From Eledone cirrhosa (Eukaryota): a stretch of DNA of 64,000 nt. Numbering within the stretch: the first letter of the stretch is position 1; the number at the start of each line of letters is the position of its first letter. The position numbers and the translations under genes are program-made. Below are positions 27,901 through 39,397 of the stretch, in pieces. The notes under the pieces were generated by a model that was not told where the DNA came from, made no database searches, and worked only from the letters and a program-made list of their open reading frames with translations. The stretch covers positions 118,234,001 to 118,298,000 of the forward strand of contig OZ024745.1 in assembly GCA_964016885.1 (NCBI GenBank), read 5' to 3'.

Positions 27901-28499
27901 TGTTGAAACAGAGTAGAGACTGTTCGGTTGGCAGTGTCTGCTTCAGCTGTTGAATGCTGTGGGAGAAAGTGGCTTGGTGTGGGAGGGGGACCCCTCAGTT
28001 CTATCAGGAAATTACAGATGCCAACCAAAAGGTGAGATAGAGAGAGATGAATTGTTTTAGATTTATTAATATTTGATATATAAATGTATTTTTTCCCCAT
28101 TTGCTAGTACAATATATTTGTGGTCATTAGTTTTAACCCTTTAGCATTTACATTACTCTTTATATACTATTGTATTTTCATGGTAAAGGCTTTATCTTAC
28201 ATAATTATCTCATATAATATCGAATCTATGAGGTTTTGATGTTATTTATTCTGAGAACAATACCTTAATGTCAGTATGAGTGGCCAGTTATGTCTGGTTT
28301 GAACAGAAATAGATGAGAGAATTCTGGCCGGATACAGGCAGTTAAGCAAAATTAAAGAACATACACAAATCATATCTTAAGAATAAATATATTGCTTCAA
28401 GAAACCAGGAATCTAATCACATTGAACAATTTAAACAGCAACTTTTCCTATTATTCCTTCATCAATTACTCTTGTAGTCATGAAAAATATTTTGGTAGA

Positions 28500-29062
28500 C
28501 AGCTAGAGTGTCAGACAATGGGTAGCAGGTTATTTCCCACTCTTTAGATTCTGAGTTCAATTCTCGTCGAGGTCAACTTTCCCTTTCAGCCTTCCTAGAT
28601 CGATAAAGTAATGTACCAATCAGGTACTAGGGTCAGTTTTACTGGCTCTCCCCAAATTACTGGCCTTGTGCCTAAATCAGAAACCATTATTATTATTATC
28701 ATCAATGTTTATGCCTGAGTTCAAATCCTGTCGAAGTTAGTTCGCCTTTCCTCCTTACGAGGTTGGTAAAATAAAGCACCAGTAACACACTGGGGGCGAT
28801 TTAATTGATTTTCCTCTCACCCGAAATTGCTGGCCTGGTGCCTAAATCAGAAACCATTATTAACTTTTAGGTGGGCGGTGAATTGGCAGTATCGGTAGAG
28901 GGTTGGACGCCATCCTTTCTAGCATAGTTACGTCCCTTTACGGTTTGAGTTCAAATCCCGCTGAGGTTAACTTTGCCTTTCATCCTTACGGGGTCGATAA
29001 AATAAAGTACCAGTAATACACTGTTATAATTTGCTAGCCTTGTGCCAAAAGTAGAAACAATT
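28500..29062 (+). mobile_element. Three stacked SINE copies
   Basis: SINE cores. The last copy has TSD attattaactttta. Confidence 0.85.
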
Positions 29063-30995
29063 ATTAACTTTTACGTTTCTCTCTAGTTACAGAAATGTGC
29101 AGCACGTTACTTCGTTGTTATATTTCATTTCCATGGCAAACTCCGATCAATAGATGTAGTTTCCCTCCCTACCACATAGTGTAAGTATCATAGACTACAT
29201 TATCCAACGCACCCTTGAAAAGAAGAAAAATGACTTGGAAACCATTGATAATAGGTTTACTTCATATAATGTAGCCGTAGTTACGTACATTATGCGATTT
29301 GAGATTGGTTTGGCTATTATTTCTTGTAGATAAATTCCTTGTGCTTATTTTCGTTAAAAGAACACACATTTTACTAGCCACATTTAAAATAAAATAATAT
29401 AATAAACACAATTTATTGTTTGGGCTAACTCAGCAAAATTAGTGCATGACTGTGTGTGCTATGCAATGTATTTACGATCGTGTTTGTTTTCGTTAGCTAC
29501 AAACTTTTCTAGCAGCGATCGATATTAGTACAACAAGAGTTGAGTCCCTTAGATCTACTAAAATATTCGCGGAATCCACTTCTTTTATCTGCTGTTGGGC
29601 CTCGCAGACATTTTCCTTTCTTTAACACTCTTGATGCCAAACCGTACCAAACTGGCTCTGTTTATATGAAACAAAATAACACATTTTCGGGGTTCCTATT
29701 TGAATCAAAATCTTTTAACATAATTTGATATAAAACCTTTTCTAAATAATTTTAGAAAAATTCCTCAGAAATGATTTATTAATGGATTGAAATGGATTTA
29801 TTAATGGATTAGAAATACAGTAACAAAAGGTTTAATTAATTTAATTTAAATTTTTTTTTTTAATGAAACTTTTCTGTCAGAATGTGGGGTTGTGAGGTGT
29901 TCTCTGTCACACGGAATATAACTCAATGAATAAAGCTATACTAATAATTTCTGAGATAAGTAAAGGAGTAAGGTTACACATTTTGAGGGAGAATATAGTA
30001 ACCATGGAAGGATAAAAGTTAAAGCTGACTCAGACAAAATTTGAACTGAGAATCTAAACATAGCTAGATACCGCAAGGTATATTTTTCACGGGTCAATTA
30101 ATTCTACTATTCACCGCTCTAACAACCATAATGATTTATAATATCACAAATATTGTGTGAGCTTAGTTATTGGGTAGTTTTTACAATAACATTCAGTACT
30201 TGATTGGTGGCATTGTAATTTATATATCCACGGGTCGCAGCCGAAACACCGCTCTGACCAAGGTGTAAGTCTGTCGGCCTCTTCCCTTGTCCTAGCTCAT
30301 CCCCTCCTCGGTAGTAATTTCCTATCCAGCTTTCTTTCTCTGTATGTTTAACCAATTTATAGTAATATCAACAATAAATAAAATCTATTTTATAATAGCC
30401 ATTTATAAATGCTAAATTGATCACATCGTGATTTGCACTCCAAAGGGAGGTAATTATATAACACAATATTTTTATCCGCCTCACAGAAGATTCTTTCATT
30501 TGCCATGAGCCAGTGTTGTCGGATTTGATTGCAAGTAGCGAATTACGCTGTTTTTGGACGATTGCATGCAATTTTTTTCTTAATGAGCTACTTACTACAT
30601 TTTATGCTACTTAGATGCTTCTTTTTTTAAAAGAAGGGGTTTACAGTCCTTGAGTTTTCAATATTATTTGAGAATTTGTATTAAGCGCAGCCGTGACTGA
30701 GTGGTCAAAGAGTTCGTTTCGTAACGAGTTGGTTCTGGGTTTAGTCCAACTGAGTGGCATCTTGGACAAGTGTTTCTACAATAGCCCAAGGTTGATCAAT
30801 GCCGTGTGAATGAAATTTGGTAGTTGGAATTTACAAAAGACTGTCGTATGTGTGCGTGCGGGCATATATATATATAACAGAGGTGTGGTAAGATACCAGG
30901 TGGACCATAACGCACCAGAGTACTCGATACGTAGGGTAGTAGAGTGGGTAATAGGAAAAGAGTCGGGACCTGGAGCTCAGCCGTCCCCGGGTCCT

Positions 30996-31031
<36 letters not shown>

Positions 31032-31058
31032 TTATGTAATAAACAACATAAGATAATT

Positions 31059-31133
31059 AATTCATTTACCAAAGGTTTCACGAAGACAAACGAGCTTGAC
31101 ACTTACGCCTGCCTTCAATCATCAGAAAGAATT
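31059..31133 (-). ncRNA. Type I hammerhead ribozyme capping a long hairpin
   Basis: Minus strand reads aattcttt-CTGATGA-t tgaaggcaggcg...cgtttgtcttcg t-GAAA-CC ttt GG-TA-aatgaatt. Outer 22-bp arms at 31030-31051 and 31147-31168. Confidence 0.8.
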
Positions 31134-31228
31134 TATTAAAAATCTGTTATGTTGTTTATTACATAACTAAAAACTGTACCCTACATAGAGCACTCTCTTT
31201 TCCTTTACCTTTCCTACGGAAATACTTC

Positions 31229-31269
<41 letters not shown>

Positions 31270-31282
31270 TGTGCGCGCGACA

Positions 31283-31349
<67 letters not shown>

Positions 31350-31388
31350 CCACACAAATAAACATTAAGACAGGCTTGTGTAATTACA

Positions 31389-31452
<64 letters not shown>

Positions 31453-31490
31453 ATATTAATAAATGGAAACTATATTTATAAAACCATATT

Positions 31491-31555
31491 TATTTCATTA
31501 TACATATTTCAAGGATACCAAAGCAAATTATGGTGCGCTTTCATCAGATAAAATA
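31491..31555 (-). ncRNA. Type I hammerhead (mirror copy)
   Basis: Reverse complement of the 31693-31757 motif. tcatcag at 31541-31547. Confidence 0.75.
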
Positions 31556-31692
31556 TAATATAGATCAGTTTTATAAACAAATATTGACATACCCTTAAAG
31601 AATGCGACCGGATAGTCCCGGGAGCTTCCAACCGACATGGTCGCATTCTTTAAGGGTATGTCACTATTTGTTTATAAAACTGATCTATATTA

Positions 31693-31757
31693 TATTTTAT
31701 CTGATGAAAGCACACCATAATTTGCTTTGGTATCCTTGAAATATGTATAATGAAATA
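31693..31757 (+). ncRNA. Type I hammerhead ribozyme (Penelope-type)
   Basis: Stem I tattttat/atgaaata. CTGATGA at 31701-31707. Stem II aag...ctt. GAAA at 31738-31741. TATGTA then UA. Confidence 0.75.
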
Positions 31758-31886
31758 AATATGGTTTTATAAATATAGTTTCCATTTGTTAATATATTGT
31801 ATTTTTACTCCAAAAATTTGTTGAGTGCTTTATATCAGTTATAAAAATATTTGCTTGTTGTATCCCAACAAATTAAATGTAACTTC

Positions 31887-31937
<51 letters not shown>

Positions 31938-31949
31938 AGTGTTCGACAA

Positions 31950-32260
31950 AAAAAAACGAGAAGACGGCAGAGGGGGGGGGGGGTGCCGAAAAAAAGAGTG
32001 CCGGGGGTTGATTGAAGGAGGTGTTGCCGTAAGCGAGGGACTAGTGACGTCACGCCAGGGTTCGTGTGCCTGTCGCTTCCTCTTTTTGGTCAGGTTGTGT
32101 TCTGGCGCGGACATGTCATGATTGTGTACGTGAGAAACTGTGTATTTCCCGGCCGGACATGAGTCACGTAGACATAGGCGCAGGGAGATTCAGTTTAGAT
32201 CAAGCGGGGACGCAATGTAGGTCCGTTCGCTTCTCACCACATACTCATTGTATGTTTACG
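31950..32260. promoter_or_regulatory. GC/CpG-richer island with CRE and AP-1-like sites
   Basis: gTGACGTCAc at about 32045-32054 and TGAGTCA at about 32160. Many CpGs relative to the flanks. Confidence 0.3.
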
Positions 32261-32444
32261 AGTAGAGATGGGTTTAGTAATTAGTAGAATCAGAAGAGAG
32301 GTCAGACTCCGTTTTGACAGGCCTGCAGGCTAAATGGTTCTGAACTAGTCGAAGCCGAGAATGAAGTCAGCCTCGTCATGGAAGACATTCATTTTACACA
32401 TGTATTCATATATACACTTACATACATATACACACATATGTTTG

Positions 32445-32520
32445 TATTGGGTCGTCAAATATGAAATTTGCAGAAATTTTTTTTTTTTTTTCTACAAATT
32501 TCATATTTTACGACCCAATA
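32445..32520. mobile_element. Minimal mariner-type MITE (TIRs only)
   Basis: tattgggtcgtcaaatatgaaatttgcaga / tctacaaatttcatattttacgacccaata around a poly-T loop. Confidence 0.7.
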
Positions 32521-32838
32521 TGTATGTGTGTGTGTGTTTATATTTATGTCAAGTAACATAGCGCTTCGGCAAACAAATAATATAAAAGAGATTGATAAAC
32601 TAAATATCAGATTTGAAAAGATAAATACTGGGATCGATATAATCGTTTAAATCATAGGTTCTCAAACCTTTTACCCCACCCCTCACGGCCACATAATACC
32701 CCCAACCCTATTTCATGACAGACTTGCCTACATGCAAATTGTAAATAATATTTAATAAATAAAATCGTGAATTTATATATTTTTATTTTACTATATATAT
32801 ATATGTGTGTGTGAATGAAAAAATCCTGGCCAGGATTT

Positions 32839-32898
32839 TTCCATTCTGAGGATTGAAAGCAAAATCTTTTGCTTTTAAGAAACCACTGGTAAATGGAA
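32839..32898 (+). ncRNA. Type I hammerhead ribozyme, canonical
   Basis: ttccatt-CTGAGGA-ttgaaagcaaaa tc ttttgcttttaa-GAAA-CC act GG-TA-aatggaa. Perfect 7-bp stem I and GUA cleavage triplet. Confidence 0.9.
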
Positions 32899-33217
32899 TA
32901 ATTGCCTTATGTGGTTTATTACATATATATATATATATATAAGGATTAAAATACTGGAGCGTGTTGGAGTTAAACACCCTCTTCGTATTATAGAAATGAC
33001 AGTAAAAGGTATATTTTCATAATATATATATATATATATTATTATTAGGTTATGCAAGAAATGCTTAGGGTTATCCTGAATGCAGTAATGGTTAATTACT
33101 ACACTAGATAGAGTTGACGTACGGTGAGGGGTTACTCAACGAGTTATGGAAGAATAGTCGAAAAAATTCAGTTTCTGATCCTTCTGTATTCCGGAGTGTA
33201 GATAAAGAATGAATAAT

Positions 33218-33396
33218 TGTTTCTACTTTTGGCACAAGGCCAGCAATTACCAGTGCATTACTGGTACTTTATTTTATCGACCCCGTAAGGATGAAAGGCA
33301 AAGTTAACCTCGGCGGGATTTGAATTCAGAATGGCAAGGGCCGTAACTCTATGCGTCAAAGCATGGCGTCTGACTCGCTACCGATACTGCCAATCC
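33218..33396 (-). mobile_element. Full-length SINE in the left arm of a fold-back
   Basis: SINE consensus. TSD atgaataat at 33209-33217 and 33397-33405. Confidence 0.9.
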
Positions 33397-33895
33397 ATGA
33401 ATAATAACAGGTAGACATCATAAAAAAGTAATTTATTCCGAGTGCTTACAAATGTTTCAACAGTAGTTATACAGCCTTGTCATGCTATGTGCAATTGATA
33501 ATTAATAATTATTTGATTGCAGAAACTCAATTTTCAAATGCTGCGATTACCATTTCCTCAAAGCAGAATGGTTAAAATGTAAATACCCTTGTATTTCTTA
33601 AAGGAAGTTATTGGAGAAGATAGAGTAGAAAGGAAGAAAGAAAGAAGGGGAGAGGGAGTGAGACAGAAAGAGAGAGAAATGTAGGGGTTGCAGAAGTGGG
33701 AGAGAGTGAAGAATACAGATAGCTTAATCAAAATGTTGTGGTAGGCATTTGAAAATTGAGTTTCTGCAATCAAATAATTATTAATTATCAATTGCACATA
33801 GCATGACAATGCTGTATAACTACTGTTGAAACATTTGTAAGCACTCGGAATAAATTACCTTTTTATGATGTCTACCTGTTATTATTCATTCTTTA
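33397..33895. repeat. ~145-bp-arm inverted repeat with purine-rich spacer
   Basis: 33397-33541 is the near-perfect reverse complement of 33745-33889. Confidence 0.95.
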
Positions 33896-33950
33896 CATAT
33901 GTACTGGGTAATTGCTGGCCTTGTGCCAAAAGTAGAAACAATTATTCATT

Positions 33951-33989
<39 letters not shown>

Positions 33990-34795
33990 GATACTTAATA
34001 TATATAATTTGATACTTAATATACTATTATATCATCTCTACCACCCCACCGCCCCATGAACCTTCTCAACGCCCCTCGGGAGATGGAAGCGCCCACTTTG
34101 AGAAATTCTGGTTTAAATCCTGGCTGCCCCCCAGCATGGCCGCAAGTCTACTGAGTGAAACAAGTAAAATAATCAACGAATAATGCAATTTTTAACCAAC
34201 GGGTAAAAATTTATAGACAAATCAAATGAAATCTATTTTATTGTACATTTAAATACTGTGATTCTGATTCCATTATGAATACATAATGTTAGAAACATAA
34301 ATCATGGAGTCTCTATAATTACAATAGAATTTAATGCCTCCATACAGTAATTTACTAATGCCGTACATAAATGTAATGCATAATTTCAGAGGAGCCGGTA
34401 ACATGAAATTTCACGATCTTTCACTTCTTATTGAAATTTATTACATTATTGTTAATCTAACTCAGCTTGCACAACACAACAACCGCTACAACGCTACCAA
34501 TTACATTGCATGTTGCCTCAACATTTTCCGTTGGTCCTTGTGGTGGGCGGCCCATTGTCGCACTTGGTGGTAAATTGATGGTTGATTTATTTTTTTATCA
34601 GAAATTTTTGTGCATTATATTTTGTGAGGTTCCTAGCAATAATTAAATGTATTTATTATGTGTGTTTATATTTTCATTCTGTAAAAATTATAAACAATTT
34701 GTAATGTTATTTACACAACTGTGAATAATAAAATATTGTTCTGAACAAACTGCTCAAGCGATCACATACGCGTGTTATTATTTTAACATATTTTA

Positions 34796-35550
34796 GGGCG
34801 ATGGATTGGCAGCGGGTCGGACGCCATGCTTTGCAGCATAGAGTTACGGCCCTTGCCATTCTGAGTTCAAATCCTGTCGAGGTTAACTTTGCCTTTCATC
34901 CTTACGGAGTCGACAAAATAAAGTACCAGTCACGCACTGGAGTCGATTTAATCGACTTTGCCTTCCTCCCAAATTACTGGTCTTGTGCCTATATAAGAAA
35001 CCATTATTTTACGGCCCTTTATGATCTGAGTTCAAATCCCGCAGAGGTTAACTTTGCCTTTCACCCTTACGGGGTCGATAAAATGAAGTACCAGTAATGT
35101 ACTGGGTATTTGCTGGCCTTGTGCCAAAAGTAGAAACAATTATTTTAACACCTTGCCATTCTGAGTTCAAATCCCGCCGAGGTCGATAAAATAAAGTACC
35201 AGTAATACACTGGTAATTGCTGGCCTTGTGCCTAACGTAGAAACAATTATTTTAACATATTGTCGATAAAATAAAAGTACCAGTAATGTACTGGGTATTT
35301 GCTGGCCTTGTGCCAAAAGTAAAAACAATTATTTTAACATATTTTAGGGCAGTATTGGTAGAGGGTCGGGCACCATGCTTTGCAGCATAGAGTTGCGGTC
35401 CTTTATGATCCGAGTTCAAATCCCGCCGTGGTTAACTTTGCTTTCATCCTTACGGGGTCGATAAAATAAAGTACCAGTAACGTACTGGAGTCGATTTAAT
35501 CGACTTTCCCTCCCCCCAAATTATTGGCCTTGTGCCTGTACTAGAAATTA
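34796..35550 (+). mobile_element. Head-to-tail stack of full and truncated SINEs
   Basis: At least 5 SINE pieces, most followed by attattttaaca(tatt). Confidence 0.9.
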
Positions 35551-36249
35551 TTTTAACATATTTTCTTTATAAATTTAAGCCAAAATTTCAATACTCTTTA
35601 AAATTAGTTTAAAACATGTTGATTGTTTTAAATATTTTAATGACATGTTCTAGAATAATTGAAATATTGTTAGCAGTTATGGTTTATCTTCGCCAGTGGC
35701 GGTGTTTATTAATAAATACTTGTGCTAACACACAAAAAATAGCGGGGTGATCTAATTTTTCAATGCATTCCTCTTTATTTAGGGCGGCAGTGTATGAATT
35801 GGTGATATTTGGTAACTACTTCTAGTATATCAAGCGACCATGTTGGAGTTCTCTCGCATAATAAGGTGACCAGCAATTTGTTGGCAACGGTACACTCTGT
35901 CACATGAGAGTAATTTAAGGTAACTAAGTGTCGCTTTTTAATAAATGTCAGTTATCTTAATCTATAAATTCCACCGAGGTCAACTTTGCCGTTCATCAAT
36001 TTAAGGGCGATAAAGAAGTACTAGTCAAGTACAGGGGTCGATTCTTCTTCTATATCTTCCTTTCTCTCTCTGGAAGAAATCCGCTGTATTCACACCTGGA
36101 GAGAAGGTTGGCCCCCGCCTAGAAACGCCGTATATCATCAATATGACACCCCTACAACTCCATGAGTTACGGGTCCATACATACATATTTTAATTTCAGC
36201 TTGTTTGAAACTGTGTAGAATAAAATGCACGGCACTCATGAAAACTGTT

Positions 36250-36800
36250 ATCACTCCATCCTTACCGAAGAAACAATTTGAACACAAGTAATACCCATTT
36301 CTTGATTTTAGACAAGTCAAGTGATATTGTTTGTGAAAAACACCATTGCTTGTATGTTAGATATAACAATAAACGACAAAATAAAATTGTAGCACAGATA
36401 TTAGGGTTATTTCCTTTTAGAAAAAATACTGGTGAAATATTGCATCAAGTTATAGAAAAGTTCTAGACTGTTGTAGGAATAAATATTGATTTCTAATTTA
36501 GGGACACAGAGCGTGTACATTTGTGGGGAAAGCAAAGTTGATTATATCAACCTCGGTGTTTGACTGGTCCTTTATTTTATCGACCCTGAAAGGATGAAAA
36601 GCAAAGTTAACCTCGGTGGAATTTGAATTCAAGGGTAAAGGACAGTAAGTAGATGTTAAAAAGCATTTTGTGCAACGTTTCTGCCAACCCACCACCCTAA
36701 CGAAAGAATTAATATCAAAAACTGTTTTTGCTAATACAACAGATAAATCTTCAATCATTTGTGGCGGTAATAACATTGAGTCTGTGAATGAAATTTGATT
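36250..36800 (+). mobile_element. hAT transposase remnant interrupted by a SINE (about 36485-36705)
   Basis: FLILDKSSDI...LYVRY...TGE and later TTDKSSIICGGNN, resembling the hAT DE.TD and TDGA..M.G catalytic blocks. Confidence 0.65.
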
Positions 36801-37379
36801 CTTTAACACGTCCCCATAGTTTAGTGATGCGAGGAAATTTTTATACTGAAATATATAAATAAATAAACGATGGTGTAGAACCATTAGAAATGATTCTCTT
36901 TTCAGTCATAACTAACTGTACAAAAGGACTTCTTAGCATGTAGAAAAATTACATTTTTAGGTGCAATGTTTTAGTTGTTACAGGCTGGGCCGCATTTAAT
37001 GCCCCCCCCCCTCCTCCTCCTCCGCGCAGCAAGGAGCCCCACCTACTACGCCGTGGCAATTTATTTGTGTCCCCTGCTGCATTTTAGAGGAAGATCAAGG
37101 AAAACATGGGACGAACTTGTAAAGAATGATATCAAGAAACTGAACCTGACAAAGGTGATGACACATGACAGAGCTGGTGATATGACATAATATAACAGAC
37201 ATGTCCACCAGTACAAGTAGTGAGATAATAAAAGTATGGTGAGAGATCAGAGGCTACAGTGTTTGACAATCGAGTGGAGACAATATAGGGTTTAAGGGAA
37301 TACTTTAGTCCAGGCATGGGAAACCTTTTTCGAGAAGCGGGCCGCAAGCCCTAATTTACATACGTGCCCAAAGTAGAAA

Positions 37380-37805
37380 CCATTAGTACCTTATTTTATG
37401 GACCCCGTAAGGATGAAAGGCAAAGTTAACCTCGGCGAGACTTGAACTCAGAACGTAAAGGGCCATAACTAAATGCTGCAAAGCATTTTTCCCCGATGCT
37501 CTACCGATACTGTCAATCCCCCACCATCGCCTGTTGAACAACAATAATAGTAAAATATGTGCAACAATATAAACGATAGTCAAATTAGTTGTTGTTCAAC
37601 AGGCGATGTTGGGGGATTGGTGGAATCGGTAGAGCGTCGGACGCCATGCTGTGCAGCATAGAGTTACGGTCTGAGTTCAAATCCCGCCAAGGTTAACTTT
37701 GTCTTTCATCCTTACAGGGTCGATAAAATAAAGTACCAGTAATACTCTGAATCGACTTTCCCCTCCCTCTAAATTTCTGGCCTTGTGCCTATACTAGAAA
37801 CCGTT
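37380..37805. mobile_element. Two divergent (head-to-head) SINE copies
   Basis: Minus copy at 37380-37525 and plus copy at 37610-37805. Both share a 5' extension ttgttgttcaacaggcgatg. Confidence 0.85.
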
Positions 37806-37835
37806 ATTATTATTATTATTGTTGTTGTTGTTGTT

Positions 37836-39397
37836 GGTGAAGCGACGCTTCTTATCGCCTCCAGTTTTTTTTCAACGTTTTACCTCGTTTTCAACCGTTC
37901 CAAACCTTTTTATTCAAGTTTTAAATTTGATAAAAGTTTAGAAGAAGTGACCCACCTAATACAGGGGTTCACTCGTAAATAATACGGCACCCCTTTACGG
38001 GGTGTCGTATTCGTATTTGTGTAAAAATATTTTTTGAAAATAAATTTCAACATGGATAACACAAGAAAGAGAGAGAGCGCTGTCAGACAACACAGAGAGA
38101 GGGAGACTTTATCAGCATGTCAACAAGACAGCGTTCCAGCGGAGGTAAATATAAACGAAAATATTACAAAGGAAAAGGGGATTTTACAGATTTAAAATTA
38201 CCAAATATTTCCAACAATAACACCAACAACAACACCATCAATAACAACAGCAACAACAAAAATAACAGCGGTAAAGTCGAGAACGACAATAACAAAAATA
38301 ACAGCGGTAAGGTCGAGAATGACAATAACAACAGCCACAACAACAATAATAGCAGGAACAGTATCAACAAAAACAACAATAATAACAACAGCCACAATAA
38401 CAGTAACAACAGCAACAGTATCAACGAAAACAACAACACCAATAACTGTACCAACGAAAACATCAACAATGACATCGATACCTGTAACAGCGATCTCAGC
38501 ACCACCAGTAAGACCAGTAGCGGCAGCAATAGTGGTGCTGCTGAAAAAGGGACCACTTCTTTTGCAGGTGTCGCCCGAAATATCGAGACAGTGTTAGTCA
38601 CAGAGGAGGAGATGGCAGTCGCAAGGGCCATGGTGACAAGAAGCGCCAATAGAGTCTCCCTGAAACCTCCACCCGATTTTTTCAAGGACCAGCAGCTACG
38701 GACGGTGACTTACCGCACCGTAAGCAAAATCTCACATCGGGTGGAGAGAGCCACGGAGGCTCAAATCCAAAAGGCCATGGGGTGCGTCTGGGCACGCAAA
38801 ACCCACATCACCCGAGGCAGAAAGTACGCCACAGTAGACGTACTTTTCGCCACCCCCCAGGGAAATTGTGAGGGTCAAAGTGACCCAGGTCCCACCCGAC
38901 GTGCCCATACCTTGGCTGGCCGCGTCTGTCCTTGCTGGAATCGAGAACAGGACGACCATGCGGCAAGTAGAAAAAATAGGGAGAGAGAACTGGTCAGGTA
39001 TAGGCATGCAAATGCTTATACAAACTGACCAGGAATGTATCGACGCTATCCCCGATATCATAGACATCGAAGAAGGAAGACGGCCAAAATGTTATCTCTG
39101 TGGGTCGAAGGGTCACCTCAGGGCCTTTTGCCCGCAGAAGACAGCGAAGGAGAAGCCCCCCCCCTCCTTCCAATACCTGGTCCACTGCTACCAAGAGCAG
39201 GGGAGGCAACAAACGCAGAAGCCCCTTCCACGGTGAGTAGGAGGGCAACGTCCGTAGCACCCGTACCAAGGCCAACTAAAGCAGCAGCATCAGTGGCGGC
39301 AACACCAATAGCTACATTTGAAGTAGCTACACCAGCAACAAAATTGCCGGAGAGAGCTCCACTACCACCACCAATAGCAGTGGAGCACACACCCCTC
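37836..39397 (+). mobile_element. L1/Tx1-like LINE 5' UTR plus disrupted ORF1 (gag-like)
   Basis: Asn-rich N-terminus and RRM-like GRKYATVDVLF. After a frameshift, RVKVTQVPPDV and a CCHC knuckle CYLCGSKGHLRAFC (39090-39131). Pro/Ala-rich tail. Starts right after an (att)n(gtt)n tract. Confidence 0.7.

Larger units (their letters stand above)
31447..31801. repeat. 163-bp-arm inverted repeat carrying a hammerhead in each arm
   Basis: Arms 31447-31609 and 31639-31801 are near-identical reverse complements. Loop is 29 nt. Confidence 0.95.
32653..34110. mobile_element. hAT-type MITE enlarged by nested insertions
   Basis: Imperfect TIRs cataggttctcaaa / tttgagaaattctg. 8-bp TSD gtttaaat at 32645-32652 and 34111-34118. 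The right end matches 22905-22960. Confidence 0.7.
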
